Origin: Candidatus Kaiserbacteria bacterium
GTDB lineage: Bacteria; Patescibacteriota; Minisyncoccia; Phycocordibacterales; Phycocordibacteraceae
Direction of reading: 5' to 3'
NCBI GenBank assembly: GCA_023264445.1
Contig: JAHFMN010000002.1
Span: 66,365 to 130,364, forward strand
Length of the DNA: 64,000 bases
Positions 38,919 through 49,027 of the stretch are shown piece by piece. Every line of letters starts with the position of its first letter. Positions within the stretch are counted from its first letter, which is position 1. The notes below the pieces were generated by a model. That model ran no database searches, was not told the origin of the DNA, and saw only the letters and a program-made list of their open reading frames with translations. The position numbers and the translations under genes were made by a program.

Positions 38919-39231
38919 ACGTGAAATGTGTTCCACGTGGAACAAAAAAGCTGCCCAGTGGCGATTGGAGATGAAAAGGAGCAGGGGCGTAAATGATGGT
39001 TCTCCAACCAGAGAAATTGGGGCAGCTTTTGTTTTTGCGTCTGGCGCTTCTCTACTCAAGGAAGCCATGCCGGAGGGCTTGTATCGCGGATCGCCGCGGA
39101 GCGGAGGCAGGAACCTCGCAGATAGCACTCTGACGCCGATGATTTTTAAAGAACGAAAAGGAACACCCGTCCTTTTCCTATAGTAGCGGAATAAAGGACA
39201 GTGTAAAGGACACTATGTGGATAAGTGTCCT

Positions 39232-39999
39232 TTATTGAATTGTTATAGAGACAGGGCAGTGGTCGGAACCAAAGATATCGGGGTGGATATCGCCTTTCTT
39301 CACGCGCCTCATGAACTCGCTTACTACGAAGAAGTAATCAATGCGCCAACCGACGTTTCTATCGCGCGCGTGGGTGAACATATCCCAGTAGCTGTAAGCG
39401 TCTTTCGTCTGGGGGTGGAAATGACGAAATGTGTCAATGTAGCCGGCGGCTACGACCTCATCTATCCAGGCGCGTTCTTCAGGGAGAAAGCCCGTCGTAT
39501 CTTCGTTTGCCTTTGGCCGGGCTAAGTCTATTTCCTCATGGGCAGTGTTGATGTCGCCGGTGAATATGACTGGCTTTTTCTTCCGTAATTTCTCTGCAAA
39601 TGACAGAAAGGCATCATAAAAACGCATTTTGTAGTCAAGCCGGTGAGGGCCCTGGCCGCCGTTAGGGAAGTAGGCGTTTAAGAGCCAGAAATCTTCATAT
39701 TCGGCCCCGATGAGGCGCCCCTCCTCATCAAATTCCTTTATTCCCATTCCGTATATGACATTCAAAGGTTCGACCTTGGAATAGAGGGCGACGCCGCTGT
39801 AGCCCTTCTTGACCTGGGAGGAGGAAAAGAAAGCTGAATAGCCAGCGGGGGAGAGGAATTCTTCTGAAAGCTGTTCCGGGCTCGCTTTCGTCTCTTGGAG
39901 GCAGAAAATATCTGGTTTTGTTCCCTTCAAAAATGACTCCCAATAGCCGTTTTTCCCAAGCGAGCGCAAACCGTTCACGTTCCACGATACGATTCTCAT
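39232..39999 (-). CDS. xth: exodeoxyribonuclease III (AP endonuclease)
   Basis: MRIVSWNVNGLRS, QETK, FTGDINTAHEEIDL, SDHCPV motifs. Confidence 0.9.
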   Translation of the reverse strand: MRIVSWNVNGLRSLGKNGYWESFLKGTKPDIFCLQETKASPEQLSEEFLSPAGYSAFFSSSQVKKGYSGVALYSKVEPLNVIYGMGIKEFDEEGRLIGAEYEDFWLLNAYFPNGGQGPHRLDYKMRFYDAFLSFAEKLRKKKPVIFTGDINTAHEEIDLARPKANEDTTGFLPEERAWIDEVVAAGYIDTFRHFHPQTKDAYSYWDMFTHARDRNVGWRIDYFFVVSEFMRRVKKGDIHPDIFGSDHCPVSITIQ

Positions 40000-40105
40000 C
40001 CCGTCATTCTATACCCCATATGAGATTTTTCATTATATGCGTCGGTTAACAAAGGACGGATTTTGTACTACGATATGAACAGGTTGGCTCTGGAGGAGTA
40101 GTGCG

Positions 40106-40408
40106 ATGGACGACGAAGAGACAAGTGCCGAGGAGATTCTTAACCAGCTATCAAATTTTCACGCTGATCTGATGTTGTGCCCACGGCCTGCCCGTTCCGC
40201 CAAAGCGAGAGCGAAAAGAGCGAATATAGAGAGGAAGATACGGGAGATTGTGGGAAAACATCGAGAAACGCTCCTAACCGAGCTCTTGTCGGAGGTGATG
40301 TTCCTTCATCAACACGATGATGATTTCGGAAAGGCGCTTCGGGAGCTGGTAATCCATCATCCGATGAGGATGCTGATCGCTAACACCCTCATCAAATCGT
40401 TGTCGTAA
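40106..40408 (+). CDS. hypothetical protein
   Basis: ORF only. Confidence 0.35.
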   Translation: MDDEETSAEEILNQLSNFHADLMLCPRPARSAKARAKRANIERKIREIVGKHRETLLTELLSEVMFLHQHDDDFGKALRELVIHHPMRMLIANTLIKSLS

Positions 40409-40473
40409 GCGAGCGGCTCTTTTAGCGTCAACGGCACCCTCGAGGTGCCGTTTCGCTTTGTGCTCAATACAAA

Positions 40474-41394
40474 CTAGCTACGAGTTTTGCCGTGGAATTT
40501 TTTGTGGATTTCGCGCAGATGCGAATCGGTGATATGCGTGTAGATTTGCGTGGTATTGATAGAAGCATGGCCGAGAAGCTGTTGAACCGAACGGATGTCG
40601 GCACCATTAGAGAGTAGATCGGTGGCAAATGCGTGGCGAAGCGTGTGCGGTGTCACGACGTTCGTGATGCCGGCGTGCGCCACGTATACCTTTAGGTGCC
40701 GTTGCACATCTCTTGGCGTGATGCGATGCAATGCATTCGGTCGGCCGTCGACAAAAAGCGCCTCCTCCATATCCTTTCTTGCTTTTAGATACTCGCGCAC
40801 GGCTACTTTTGCAGCAGAGGAAAGAAAGACGACTCTCACTTTCTCACCTTTGCCGCGTACCGATAATTCATCACGCGAGAGATCAATGTCGGCATTGAGC
40901 GCGCACAGCTCGGATACGCGCAATCCGGTAGAAAATAAGAGTTCAAGAATGGCGCTATCGCGCAGATAGGGAAGTGCTTTCTCGGGATCCGTCTCCTTTT
41001 CAAATGCTACTCGCGGTGCACGCATCAGCCGCTCAAGCTCAGCAGGGGTAATGAGGTCAATCTGGCGCTCCGGAAGCTTCGCGAGCTCTATTTTCTCTGG
41101 AGAAATTGCCTTGATATCGCGCTTGCGGAGGAACTTCAGAAATGCGCGGAGTGCGATCATATAGTAGTTCTGGGTGCGGCGCTTCATGGAGTCACTTTTG
41201 GTTCCGGGCTGGCGATTTAGCCAGAGGCGGAAATCGCGAACGTTTTGTTCAGTGATGTCGCCGACCTCCTGTATCTCCATCTGGGTGAAATAGCGCGTGA
41301 GGTATCGGTCGTAATTTTCAATAGTCTTTACGGCGCGTCCGCGCTCTATCTCGATGTGTTCGAGAAACTGTCGTTTTGCCGTTTCAGCGTCCAT
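40474..41394 (-). CDS. tyrosine recombinase XerC/XerD family
   Basis: R...HxxR...Y catalytic context HTLRHAFATDLL...LGHASINTTQIYTHI; SAM-like N-terminal domain; start at MDAETAKRQF. Confidence 0.85.
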   Translation of the reverse strand: MDAETAKRQFLEHIEIERGRAVKTIENYDRYLTRYFTQMEIQEVGDITEQNVRDFRLWLNRQPGTKSDSMKRRTQNYYMIALRAFLKFLRKRDIKAISPEKIELAKLPERQIDLITPAELERLMRAPRVAFEKETDPEKALPYLRDSAILELLFSTGLRVSELCALNADIDLSRDELSVRGKGEKVRVVFLSSAAKVAVREYLKARKDMEEALFVDGRPNALHRITPRDVQRHLKVYVAHAGITNVVTPHTLRHAFATDLLSNGADIRSVQQLLGHASINTTQIYTHITDSHLREIHKKFHGKTRS

Positions 41395-41495
41395 TAGAAA
41401 CCAGTATAAGGCAATATTGTGCGTACGGTATAAATAGAATGCTGTGCGAGGCTCAGATTCCGCGATACTTGTGCAAATAAGCAAGATATGGTAGG

Positions 41496-41774
41496 GTGAG
41501 CAGACTCATGCTTACCACTAAGAAAAAGGCGGCCATTATAAAAGGTACCGCCCGACACGACTCTGACACCGGCTCGCCGGATGTACAGGTCGCGCTTCTC
41601 TCAAAGCAGATTGATGATCTTGCGAAGCATCTGAAGAAGAATCCGAAGGATGTGCATTCCCGCCGGGGGCTCTTGCAGATGGTCGCTGACCGTCGCTCGC
41701 ACCTGCGCTATCTCGAGACGAATGATAAGCGTCGCTACAACGCGATTATCAAGAAACTTGGTCTCAAGAAGTAA
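41496..41774 (+). CDS. rpsO: 30S ribosomal protein S15
   Basis: GSPDVQVALLSKQIDDLAKHLKKNPKDVHSRRGLLQMVADRRSHLRYL. Confidence 0.9.
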   Translation: MSRLMLTTKKKAAIIKGTARHDSDTGSPDVQVALLSKQIDDLAKHLKKNPKDVHSRRGLLQMVADRRSHLRYLETNDKRRYNAIIKKLGLKK

Positions 41775-41939
41775 GCTGGATTACCAGCTTGCTCCCTACG
41801 CTCGATTCGGACGAATCAAGTAAGAACTTATTCGTCGCTCGTCTCGCTTGGTAGTAAGCCCCTTTCTGGGTGGTATCATGAGGGAAGGTAGTCTCCGACT
41901 ACTATTTAATAGTTTTGTTTTCATAAGTATTTATTTTCT

Positions 41940-42455
41940 ATGGCAGTTATCAAACATCCGGCTCAGCGTGTGGGCGTATTCATTGACACGCAAAATCTCT
42001 ATCACAGTGCCAAGCATCTCTACAAAGCGCGCGTGAACTTCGCAAAAGTGCTTGAAGAGGCCGTGGGCGGGCGCATTCTCGTCCGCGCCATTGCCTACGT
42101 CATCTCGACCGAAGCGGGCGATGAGAAGAACTTCTTTGAAGCACTCACGAAGATAGGCATCGAGACCAAGGTGAAGGATTTACAGGTCTTCGCCGATGGC
42201 GCGAAGAAGGCTGATTGGGACGTCGGCCTCGCCGTCGATGCGGTTAAACTTGCTCCCAAGCTCGACACGGTCATTCTCGCGACCGGCGACGGCGACTTTA
42301 TCCCGCTCATCCAGTATCTAGATATGAATGAGGGGTGCCAGGTGGAGGTCATCTCCTTCGGCAAGTCTTCATCGGCAAAACTCAAAGAGGTTGCGCATGC
42401 ATTTACCGACATGTGCGACGATCCGCGCAAATTTACTATCGCTTCACGCTCCTAA
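41940..42455 (+). CDS. NYN-domain (LabA/PIN-like) protein
   Basis: VGVFIDTQNLYHSAK...ILATGDGDFIPLIQ. Confidence 0.65.
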   Translation: MAVIKHPAQRVGVFIDTQNLYHSAKHLYKARVNFAKVLEEAVGGRILVRAIAYVISTEAGDEKNFFEALTKIGIETKVKDLQVFADGAKKADWDVGLAVDAVKLAPKLDTVILATGDGDFIPLIQYLDMNEGCQVEVISFGKSSSAKLKEVAHAFTDMCDDPRKFTIASRS

Positions 42456-42513
42456 GGAGTCCTATTTCTACTCATAAACCGCTTCCTGCGGGTTTAATGG
42501 GTTATCATAGTAT

Positions 42514-43599
42514 GTGATGGATGAAAACGCGGTCGTAACGGATGCTGTCCCACACGCTGGAGAGCAGAAAAAATATATCCGTACGTTTGGGCGCGACATG
42601 GAAATCCTGCAAAAAGGCGGCACGCCTGATCTCGCGCCGTTTCATAAGGCCCAGGAAGCGGCGCCACAGCCCAAACCGCAGCCCCCGAAAGAAGAGATAA
42701 GGTCATTCCCGGTGCCGCCGCCGCTTGAAGCGCCGCCGCGCCCGACAGAAATAGGGAGGTCGCCACTACCACTGAAGACATACGGAGGTGATTTCTCGAC
42801 CCGGATGAAAGAAACACGCGCTTCGACCGCCACCGTGCTAGCAGCAGAGCAGGACTCCACGTTTCGTCCGAGCGCTGCTTCGCCGGAGCAATTTTCACGC
42901 AGTGGCCTGATCTTCAGCATCGCCGGCGTGCTGCTCCTTATCCTCGGTGCCGCCGGCGCTTATATCGCATACACACGCTATCTTTCCGTGTCGGCACCAG
43001 TTGTGCTTACTCTTTCGGTGAAAGCGCCGATATTTGTTGATGAACGTGAACAGATTGCCGGTACTGGTCTCGCTCTGTCGCGTGCGATTGCGGAGTCGGT
43101 GGCGCATCCGATAACACAAGGAGCCGTCCGGCTTCTGTACACCGAGGGCGCGACCACGACGAGCATTTTTTCAGCTCTCCAAGAGCCCGCGCCAGGCTCG
43201 CTGCTCCGGAATATTTCAGCCGCTTCAAGCATGGCGGGCGTCATACGTATCAAAGGAAGCCAGAGCCCGTTCTTCATACTCTCCATCACCTCCTTCAGTA
43301 ACACGTTCGCCGGCATGCTTGAATGGGAGCGTGTCATGCCGCGCGATCTCGCTCAATTCTTCCCCCCATACGCTTCCGGACAGACTGCATCTTCCACCAC
43401 TGCGACCTCTACCCCAGTGGCAATAGCCGAGTGGCGTGACGAGGTCATTGCAAACCATGATGCACGTGTGTATCGCGATACATCGGGTCGGAGCGTTCTT
43501 CTCTACGGATATTGGGACCAAGCGACCCTCGTTATCGCCCGCGATCCTGCTGCTTTTACCGAAATACTAGCCCGTCTGGCAACGTCCCATACGCGTTAA
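42514..43599 (+). CDS. hypothetical single-TM protein with a Pro-rich N-terminal region
   Basis: ORF; TM LIFSIAGVLLLILGAAGAYIAY. Confidence 0.45.
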   Translation: MMDENAVVTDAVPHAGEQKKYIRTFGRDMEILQKGGTPDLAPFHKAQEAAPQPKPQPPKEEIRSFPVPPPLEAPPRPTEIGRSPLPLKTYGGDFSTRMKETRASTATVLAAEQDSTFRPSAASPEQFSRSGLIFSIAGVLLLILGAAGAYIAYTRYLSVSAPVVLTLSVKAPIFVDEREQIAGTGLALSRAIAESVAHPITQGAVRLLYTEGATTTSIFSALQEPAPGSLLRNISAASSMAGVIRIKGSQSPFFILSITSFSNTFAGMLEWERVMPRDLAQFFPPYASGQTASSTTATSTPVAIAEWRDEVIANHDARVYRDTSGRSVLLYGYWDQATLVIARDPAAFTEILARLATSHTR

Positions 43600-43620
43600 A
43601 TCGTCTGGTATCATTGAAGA

Positions 43621-43968
43621 ATGCGAACGGTACATTTTCGGAAGAAACTTGAGGCCGAGAAAGAAAAACTAGAATCGGAAATGGGAAGCGTCGGCCGTAA
43701 AAATCCCGTCGTTCCGGGCGATTGGGAAGCTATTCCCTCTGAAATTGGTAACGAAGCGGACCTTGCCGACCAAGCCGATGTGGTCATGAGCCGCGCAAAC
43801 AACGCTGCCATTCTTGCTGACCTTGAGGCGCGTTATGACACCGTGCTCGATGCGCTCGCGAGGATAGAGAAGAAAATGTACGGGAAGTGCGAGGTCTGCC
43901 ACAAGGAAATAGAAGACGCACGGCTCGAAGCAGACTCAGCGGCGACGACCTGCACGAAGCATTTGTAA
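43621..43968 (+). CDS. DksA/TraR-family C4 zinc-finger protein
   Basis: C-terminal CEVCHKEIEDARLEADSAATTCTKH. Confidence 0.65.
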   Translation: MRTVHFRKKLEAEKEKLESEMGSVGRKNPVVPGDWEAIPSEIGNEADLADQADVVMSRANNAAILADLEARYDTVLDALARIEKKMYGKCEVCHKEIEDARLEADSAATTCTKHL

Positions 43969-43974
43969 TACCTC

Positions 43975-45555
43975 ATGCGCCCTTCTTCGCCACAGGCATC
44001 GAAGGGCGCCGTACGTCGCGCTCCTGCAAAAAAAGTATCGCAAACAGGGTATGCGAAGACCTTTGCCGCACAGCCCGTCGGCTCAAGTGCAGAAGTGGTT
44101 TCAGTTGAAGCCGACCTCACACGCGGACTGCATGCGTTTTCCATCGTAGGTCTTGCGGACAAGGCGGTGGAGGAGGCGCGCGATCGTTTAAGCGCCGCAA
44201 TACGTCATTCCGGCTATAAGTCGCCCAAGCAGCAGAACAAGCGCATTGTCCTCTCGCTCTCGCCTGCAGATTTAAAAAAGGAAGGTTCGCATTATGACCT
44301 GGCGCTCGCGCTCGCGTACCTCATCGCCGCAGAGGACCTCGCACCGCTTGAAGAGGAAATGTTGTTTGCCGGCGAGCTTGCACTTGATGGGACGCTGCGC
44401 AGCGTGCGAGGCATTCTTCCGCAGGTGCTTGCCGCCAAGCGCCGCGGCGTGAAGACGATATTCGTCCCGCCAGGAAATGCACGCGAAGCGCTGCTTGCAG
44501 AGGGTGTGAGCGTATATGCGCCAGCAACGCTTGCGGAACTCTTGCAGCATTTGAAAAAAGAAAAGCCATTGCCGCGCCTTCTACGCGACAGGCGTTCGCC
44601 GGTTGTGCCGCTTTCGCTTGACCTGAAGGATGTGAAAGGGCAGGAGAGTGCAAAGCGCGCACTCGAAATAGCCGCTGCCGGGCGCCATAATATCGTTTTC
44701 TATGGCCCGCCGGGCACTGGTAAGACGATGCTCGCTCGCGCGCTCTCCGGAATCCTCCCGTCTCTCTCCGATGACGATATGCTCGAGGTAACCGCCATTC
44801 ACTCGACTGCGGGTCTTCTCGCAGAAGGCGAAGCAGTCCATTGGCCGCCGTTTCGTGCACCGCACCACTCCATATCGCACGTCGCCATCGTGGGCGGAGG
44901 CGCGTTCCCGAAAGCAGGTGAAGTGACCCTTGCGCACAAAGGTGTCTTGTTTCTGGACGAATTTCCAGAGTTTGATTCCCGTACACTTGAAGCGCTGCGA
45001 CAGCCGCTTGAGGATCGCGTCGTTACCGTCTCGCGTGCTCGGGCGAGTGTTACGTTCCCGGCCGACTGCATGATTGTCGCAGCGATGAACCCGGCGGATT
45101 CTCTTTCGGAAGACTCACGCGTGGCGATACGCGCTGCGGCGAAGCAGGCGCGGCGCATTTCGCGCCCCATCGTTGACCGTCTTGACCTCTGGATAGAAGT
45201 GCCGCTCGTTCCGCATGATACGCTCGCGAAATTAAGTACCGGCGAGCCGTCCGAAGAAGTACGCACACGCGTTATTGCCGCCCGGGCCCGCGCCGAAAAA
45301 CGCACCGGCAAACGTGGCGCGACAAATGCGGCTCTTACGGGTCGTGAACTTGATGAAAAAAGCGGCTTCAGTGCGGAGGCAAAAGAGACACTCATGCAAT
45401 CTGCCGCGCGTCTCCGTCTCTCGCCGCGCAGTTATCACCGCACGATGCGCGTAGCACGTACTATTGCTGACCTCGCTGGTGCTGATGTCGTCACGCCCGC
45501 CTTCGTGCACGAAGCGCTTCAATACCGCCCCCGGGGCCTCTTTGGATTTGAATAA
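43975..45555 (+). CDS. comM: YifB/ComM-family Mg-chelatase-like AAA ATPase (competence protein ComM)
   Basis: Lon-like N-terminal domain, Walker [22 protein letters not shown]-terminal helical domain. Confidence 0.88.
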   Translation: MRPSSPQASKGAVRRAPAKKVSQTGYAKTFAAQPVGSSAEVVSVEADLTRGLHAFSIVGLADKAVEEARDRLSAAIRHSGYKSPKQQNKRIVLSLSPADLKKEGSHYDLALALAYLIAAEDLAPLEEEMLFAGELALDGTLRSVRGILPQVLAAKRRGVKTIFVPPGNAREALLAEGVSVYAPATLAELLQHLKKEKPLPRLLRDRRSPVVPLSLDLKDVKGQESAKRALEIAAAGRHNIVFYGPPGTGKTMLARALSGILPSLSDDDMLEVTAIHSTAGLLAEGEAVHWPPFRAPHHSISHVAIVGGGAFPKAGEVTLAHKGVLFLDEFPEFDSRTLEALRQPLEDRVVTVSRARASVTFPADCMIVAAMNPADSLSEDSRVAIRAAAKQARRISRPIVDRLDLWIEVPLVPHDTLAKLSTGEPSEEVRTRVIAARARAEKRTGKRGATNAALTGRELDEKSGFSAEAKETLMQSAARLRLSPRSYHRTMRVARTIADLAGADVVTPAFVHEALQYRPRGLFGFE

Positions 45556-45566
45556 TATTTGCGAGC

Positions 45567-46331
45567 TTATTGCGGAAAGCACACGCTACCCACGCGACAG
45601 TAACGGAAGGGATTTGCAGCACCACGGACTTCGAAGTGGAGGTGCGGACCAGTCGCTCGACCGCTTGCGCCGAGATAGCCGATGACCTGTCCAGAAAGGA
45701 CGGATTGGCCCGGAGAGACGGCAACACTTCTCATGTGCGAGTAGAGAGTCTGGGAGCCATTCTCGTGAGTGATAACGACATAGTTGCCGTAGCCGCCGTT
45801 CCATCCGCCGCCTCCTCGCGCGATGATGACGACGCCATCTGCAGCAGCATGAATCGGCGTGCCGCGTGCACCCCCGATGTCAACGCCGTTCCAACCATGG
45901 ATTCCTTGCGTAAGGATGCTGCCCGGAACGGGATTGCTGTAATAACCCGTCTGTGCGGCACCACCACCGCCAAGATACGGTTCTGATTTTGGCACAGGAG
46001 CGCGCGATGGGGCTGCTGCCGGTGCTTGCGTAATGAGCTCGCCGCCCGGAATGATGATAGTGGAGCCAACCGCAAGCGGCGCGGAAGGGTCAAGACCGTT
46101 GAAAGTCGCGATTTCGTCTGCATCCGCCCCGTATTTCTTTGCGAGCGATTTCAATGTGTCGCCTTTTACTACCACGCGCTCGATGCCTGAGACGGGTAGG
46201 ATGATGAGCGTATCGCCCGGATGCACGTCTTTCGCGCTCTTGAGGTTGTTTGCCCACATGATGGTGTTGATCGAGACATCAAACATCTTCGCGATATCCG
46301 AGAGCGTATCGCCTGCGCGTACGACATACAC
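45567..46331 (-). CDS. LysM-domain M23 metallopeptidase (reading frame stays open upstream to 46652 and encodes a hydrophobic anchor)
   Basis: Two LysM repeats (YVVRAGDTLSDIA..., VVKGDTLKSLA...), M23 HGWNGVDIGG...HLHFEV; GTG start at 46331 as listed. Confidence 0.8.
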   Translation of the reverse strand: MYVVRAGDTLSDIAKMFDVSINTIMWANNLKSAKDVHPGDTLIILPVSGIERVVVKGDTLKSLAKKYGADADEIATFNGLDPSAPLAVGSTIIIPGGELITQAPAAAPSRAPVPKSEPYLGGGGAAQTGYYSNPVPGSILTQGIHGWNGVDIGGARGTPIHAAADGVVIIARGGGGWNGGYGNYVVITHENGSQTLYSHMRSVAVSPGQSVLSGQVIGYLGASGRATGPHLHFEVRGAANPFRYCRVGSVCFPQ

Positions 46332-46803
46332 CGAAATGCGATCGGACTGCGTTTCTCCGGTAACATCCGCAACCGTGCCGGAGGGCCCGCTGTAGGAGAC
46401 GAGCGCCCCGCCTGAGGTAGCGAGTGCTATGGGCGCGCCCGCATTCGGATCTCTATTTATGGAGGCGACAAGCGCTGGCGTTGTGGCACTGGGGATGAAT
46501 GTGTTTACGGCAGCATCTGCTTGGGTAGAAAACGGCCAGAACGCGCTTGCGTAGTGTGGCAGAAGGAGGACTGCGCCGAAGATGGCTGCAAATCCCGGTA
46601 TGAGAAATTGTTTGTTGGAAGTGATAAGTGTGAAGGCGGTCGGTGGGTCTTTCTAAATACAAGAATGGCTTACATACGCCGTATATAAGCCATCCCTTGA
46701 ATACTGTCGTATCAGTCGATAGGGAAAGTATAGCCCCCTAGGAGAGGTAGTCAATGAGCCGGGAAATTGCCTGTGGAGAGCTACTTTGCGCTATAGTCCA
46801 TAA

Positions 46804-48711
46804 GTGAAATACCTCGAAGGTCTCAACGAAGCTCAAAAACGCGCGGTACTCGCAAAAGAAGGACCGGTCTCAGTCCTCGCGGGTGCCGGAAGCGGGAAAA
46901 CACGCGTCCTCACGACGCGCATCTACCACCTTATCCGCGAGAGTGTCCCCGCCGAGCAGATTCTCGCCGTCACGTTTACCAACAAAGCCGCTCGTGAGAT
47001 GCGCGAGCGGGTGAGGAGCCAACTTGGCGGGGACGGCCCGCTCCCATTCATCGCCACCTTCCACGGTCTCGGTCGGGAACTCCTCGAAAGTTACGGCAAG
47101 GCAATCGGCATCCCGCGTTTTTTCAGCGTGTATGACCGTGAAGACTCAGAGAAAGCCATCGGTGCCGCACTTAAGGCCCTCGATGTCGGGGCAAAGGAGC
47201 TCTCGCCGCGCACAGTGCTTGGACGCATCTCGCGCGCAAAGGGCGAGGGAATGCGGGCACAGGAGTTTTACGACAAGCACGGTCGCGGAAGCTTCGGTGC
47301 GCGCATCGTCGCGGAAGCGTGGCTTCGATATGAAAAGACGTTGCGAGAAGAAAAGGCGCTTGATTTCGACGACCTCATCGCGCTGCCGGTGCGCCTCTTA
47401 GAAGAGCACGACGACGTCCGCTCGCTCGCGCAAGAGCGCTGGCGGTATATCCACATAGATGAATATCAGGACACCAATGCGCTCCAAGGGCGCCTCGCGG
47501 GCCTGCTTGCCGAGATGCATCGGAATCTGTTCGTCGTCGGCGATATTGATCAGACCATCTACACGTGGCGGGGAGCGACGATTGAGAACCTGCTTGAGTT
47601 CGACAAGCTGTACAAGGAAGCACAGACAATCATTCTCGGGCAGAATTATCGTTCGACGAAAAATCTCGTTGAAGCAGCAAACGCCATCATTGAAAAGAAT
47701 AAGAATCGTAAGGAGAAATATTCTACGACCGAGCGGAATGCCGGTGAGCCCATCGTGCTTCATATCGCTCTCTCTGCTGAGGATGAGGCGCGCTGGATAG
47801 CTACAAAAATTAGAAAACTCATGCGAGAAAGCGTTCGCCCGGAAGACATAGCAGTACTGTTCCGAACGAATTTTCAATCCCGCGCGCTTGAAGAAGGTCT
47901 CTTGCGCGCTGGCATACCGTACAAGCTCCTCGGTACGCGCTTCTTCGCGCGTAAAGAAGTGAAGGATGCGCTCGCATGGATTCGGCTCGCGCTCGATCCT
48001 TCGCGCGAGGTCGATAAAGTGCGTGCAGCAGCCGCGCCCGCGCGCGGGCTGGGTCGCATCACGCTCGGGAAGCTTGCAGCAGGGCAGCGGAGCGAGCTGC
48101 GCGCGGGCGAGCTCGCAAAAGTCGAGGCCTTTGAAAACATCATTGCCGAGCTTTCACACGCTGCGGAAACACTCGCGCCCTCGGAATTCGTGAAGCTCGT
48201 GATAGAGAAGAGTGGTATGCGCCGCGCCCTCTTTGAAGAGGGGAATGCCGACGACCGTGAACGCTTCGAAAACGTAGAAGAACTCGCTTCGGTCGCAGCA
48301 CGGCATGACCTCTCACCGGGCAAGGAGGGTATTGCTGCGTTCCTTGCTGAAGCCGCACTCGCGAGCGATCAAGATGAGATGGACCAAGGCGAGAAGCGGG
48401 GAGTGACGCTCATGACCGTCCATGCGGCGAAGGGGCTTGAGTTCGATACGGTCTTCGTGAGCGGCATGGAGGAAGGACTCTTTCCACATGAGGGCATGGG
48501 AGGGGATGAAAAGCGCGATGAAGAAGAGGAGCGCCGGCTCTTCTATGTCGCGATGACGCGCGCGAAAGAGCGCCTCATCTTGACGCTTGCGCGCGTGCGC
48601 AAGATTTACGGCAGCGATTTTATCTCAGAACCTTCTTCGTTTCTCGCCGATATCGACGGCACACTCCTCGTGCTGGAGGAGGGCGATGATGGGGAAGTTA
48701 TCGAGGCCTAA
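46804..48711 (+). CDS. UvrD/PcrA/Rep-family ATP-dependent DNA helicase
   Basis: Walker A AGAGSGKTRVL, DEYQDTN, helicase motifs IV-VI (VHAAKGLEFD, YVAMTRAKE). Confidence 0.9.
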   Translation: MKYLEGLNEAQKRAVLAKEGPVSVLAGAGSGKTRVLTTRIYHLIRESVPAEQILAVTFTNKAAREMRERVRSQLGGDGPLPFIATFHGLGRELLESYGKAIGIPRFFSVYDREDSEKAIGAALKALDVGAKELSPRTVLGRISRAKGEGMRAQEFYDKHGRGSFGARIVAEAWLRYEKTLREEKALDFDDLIALPVRLLEEHDDVRSLAQERWRYIHIDEYQDTNALQGRLAGLLAEMHRNLFVVGDIDQTIYTWRGATIENLLEFDKLYKEAQTIILGQNYRSTKNLVEAANAIIEKNKNRKEKYSTTERNAGEPIVLHIALSAEDEARWIATKIRKLMRESVRPEDIAVLFRTNFQSRALEEGLLRAGIPYKLLGTRFFARKEVKDALAWIRLALDPSREVDKVRAAAAPARGLGRITLGKLAAGQRSELRAGELAKVEAFENIIAELSHAAETLAPSEFVKLVIEKSGMRRALFEEGNADDRERFENVEELASVAARHDLSPGKEGIAAFLAEAALASDQDEMDQGEKRGVTLMTVHAAKGLEFDTVFVSGMEEGLFPHEGMGGDEKRDEEEERRLFYVAMTRAKERLILTLARVRKIYGSDFISEPSSFLADIDGTLLVLEEGDDGEVIEA

Positions 48712-49007
48712 GAGGCTTCTTCTGTGATGCCGAAATGTTCTTTCAGCGCCGATTCTATATGCCGTTTCTGATGTTCTGGCATGTCCTTCCATCCTGGATG
48801 TTTTTTGTTGAGAAATTCCATAGCCGCATCAAGATGCTGTGCACCCATGCCATGATGAGTGTCCATCTTTTTTTCAATATGCCCTACCGCATCGCTCAAG
48901 ATGCTTTTTGCCCGGTCAAGGTCCCTCTTTTCAAAGCCATGCTGGAAACGCAACGTTCCTCGGAGCTCGCGGTCGAAGTTATCTGGGGTAAGTCGTTGTT
49001 CAGTCAT
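48708..49007 (-). CDS. hypothetical small protein
   Basis: ORF with 4-nt overlap of the uvrD stop; His-rich. Confidence 0.35.
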   Translation of the reverse strand: MTEQRLTPDNFDRELRGTLRFQHGFEKRDLDRAKSILSDAVGHIEKKMDTHHGMGAQHLDAAMEFLNKKHPGWKDMPEHQKRHIESALKEHFGITEEAS

Positions 49008-49027
49008 ACGCTAGAATCATAGCATCC

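Noticed and set aside
39193-39232. DnaA box TGTGGATAA (39216..39224) inside the loop of the xth terminator hairpin, and TTATCCACT at 37141..37149
   Set aside because: Isolated single boxes far from dnaA, most parsimoniously chance matches. The hairpin itself (aaaggacac / gtgtccttt) is a plausible xth terminator.
40474-41394. Tyrosine recombinase as a possible integrase of a mobile element
   Set aside because: No flanking direct repeats, no tRNA target site and no phage or plasmid cargo nearby. The conserved XerC/D-like C-terminal motif and a housekeeping neighbourhood fit chromosome dimer resolution.
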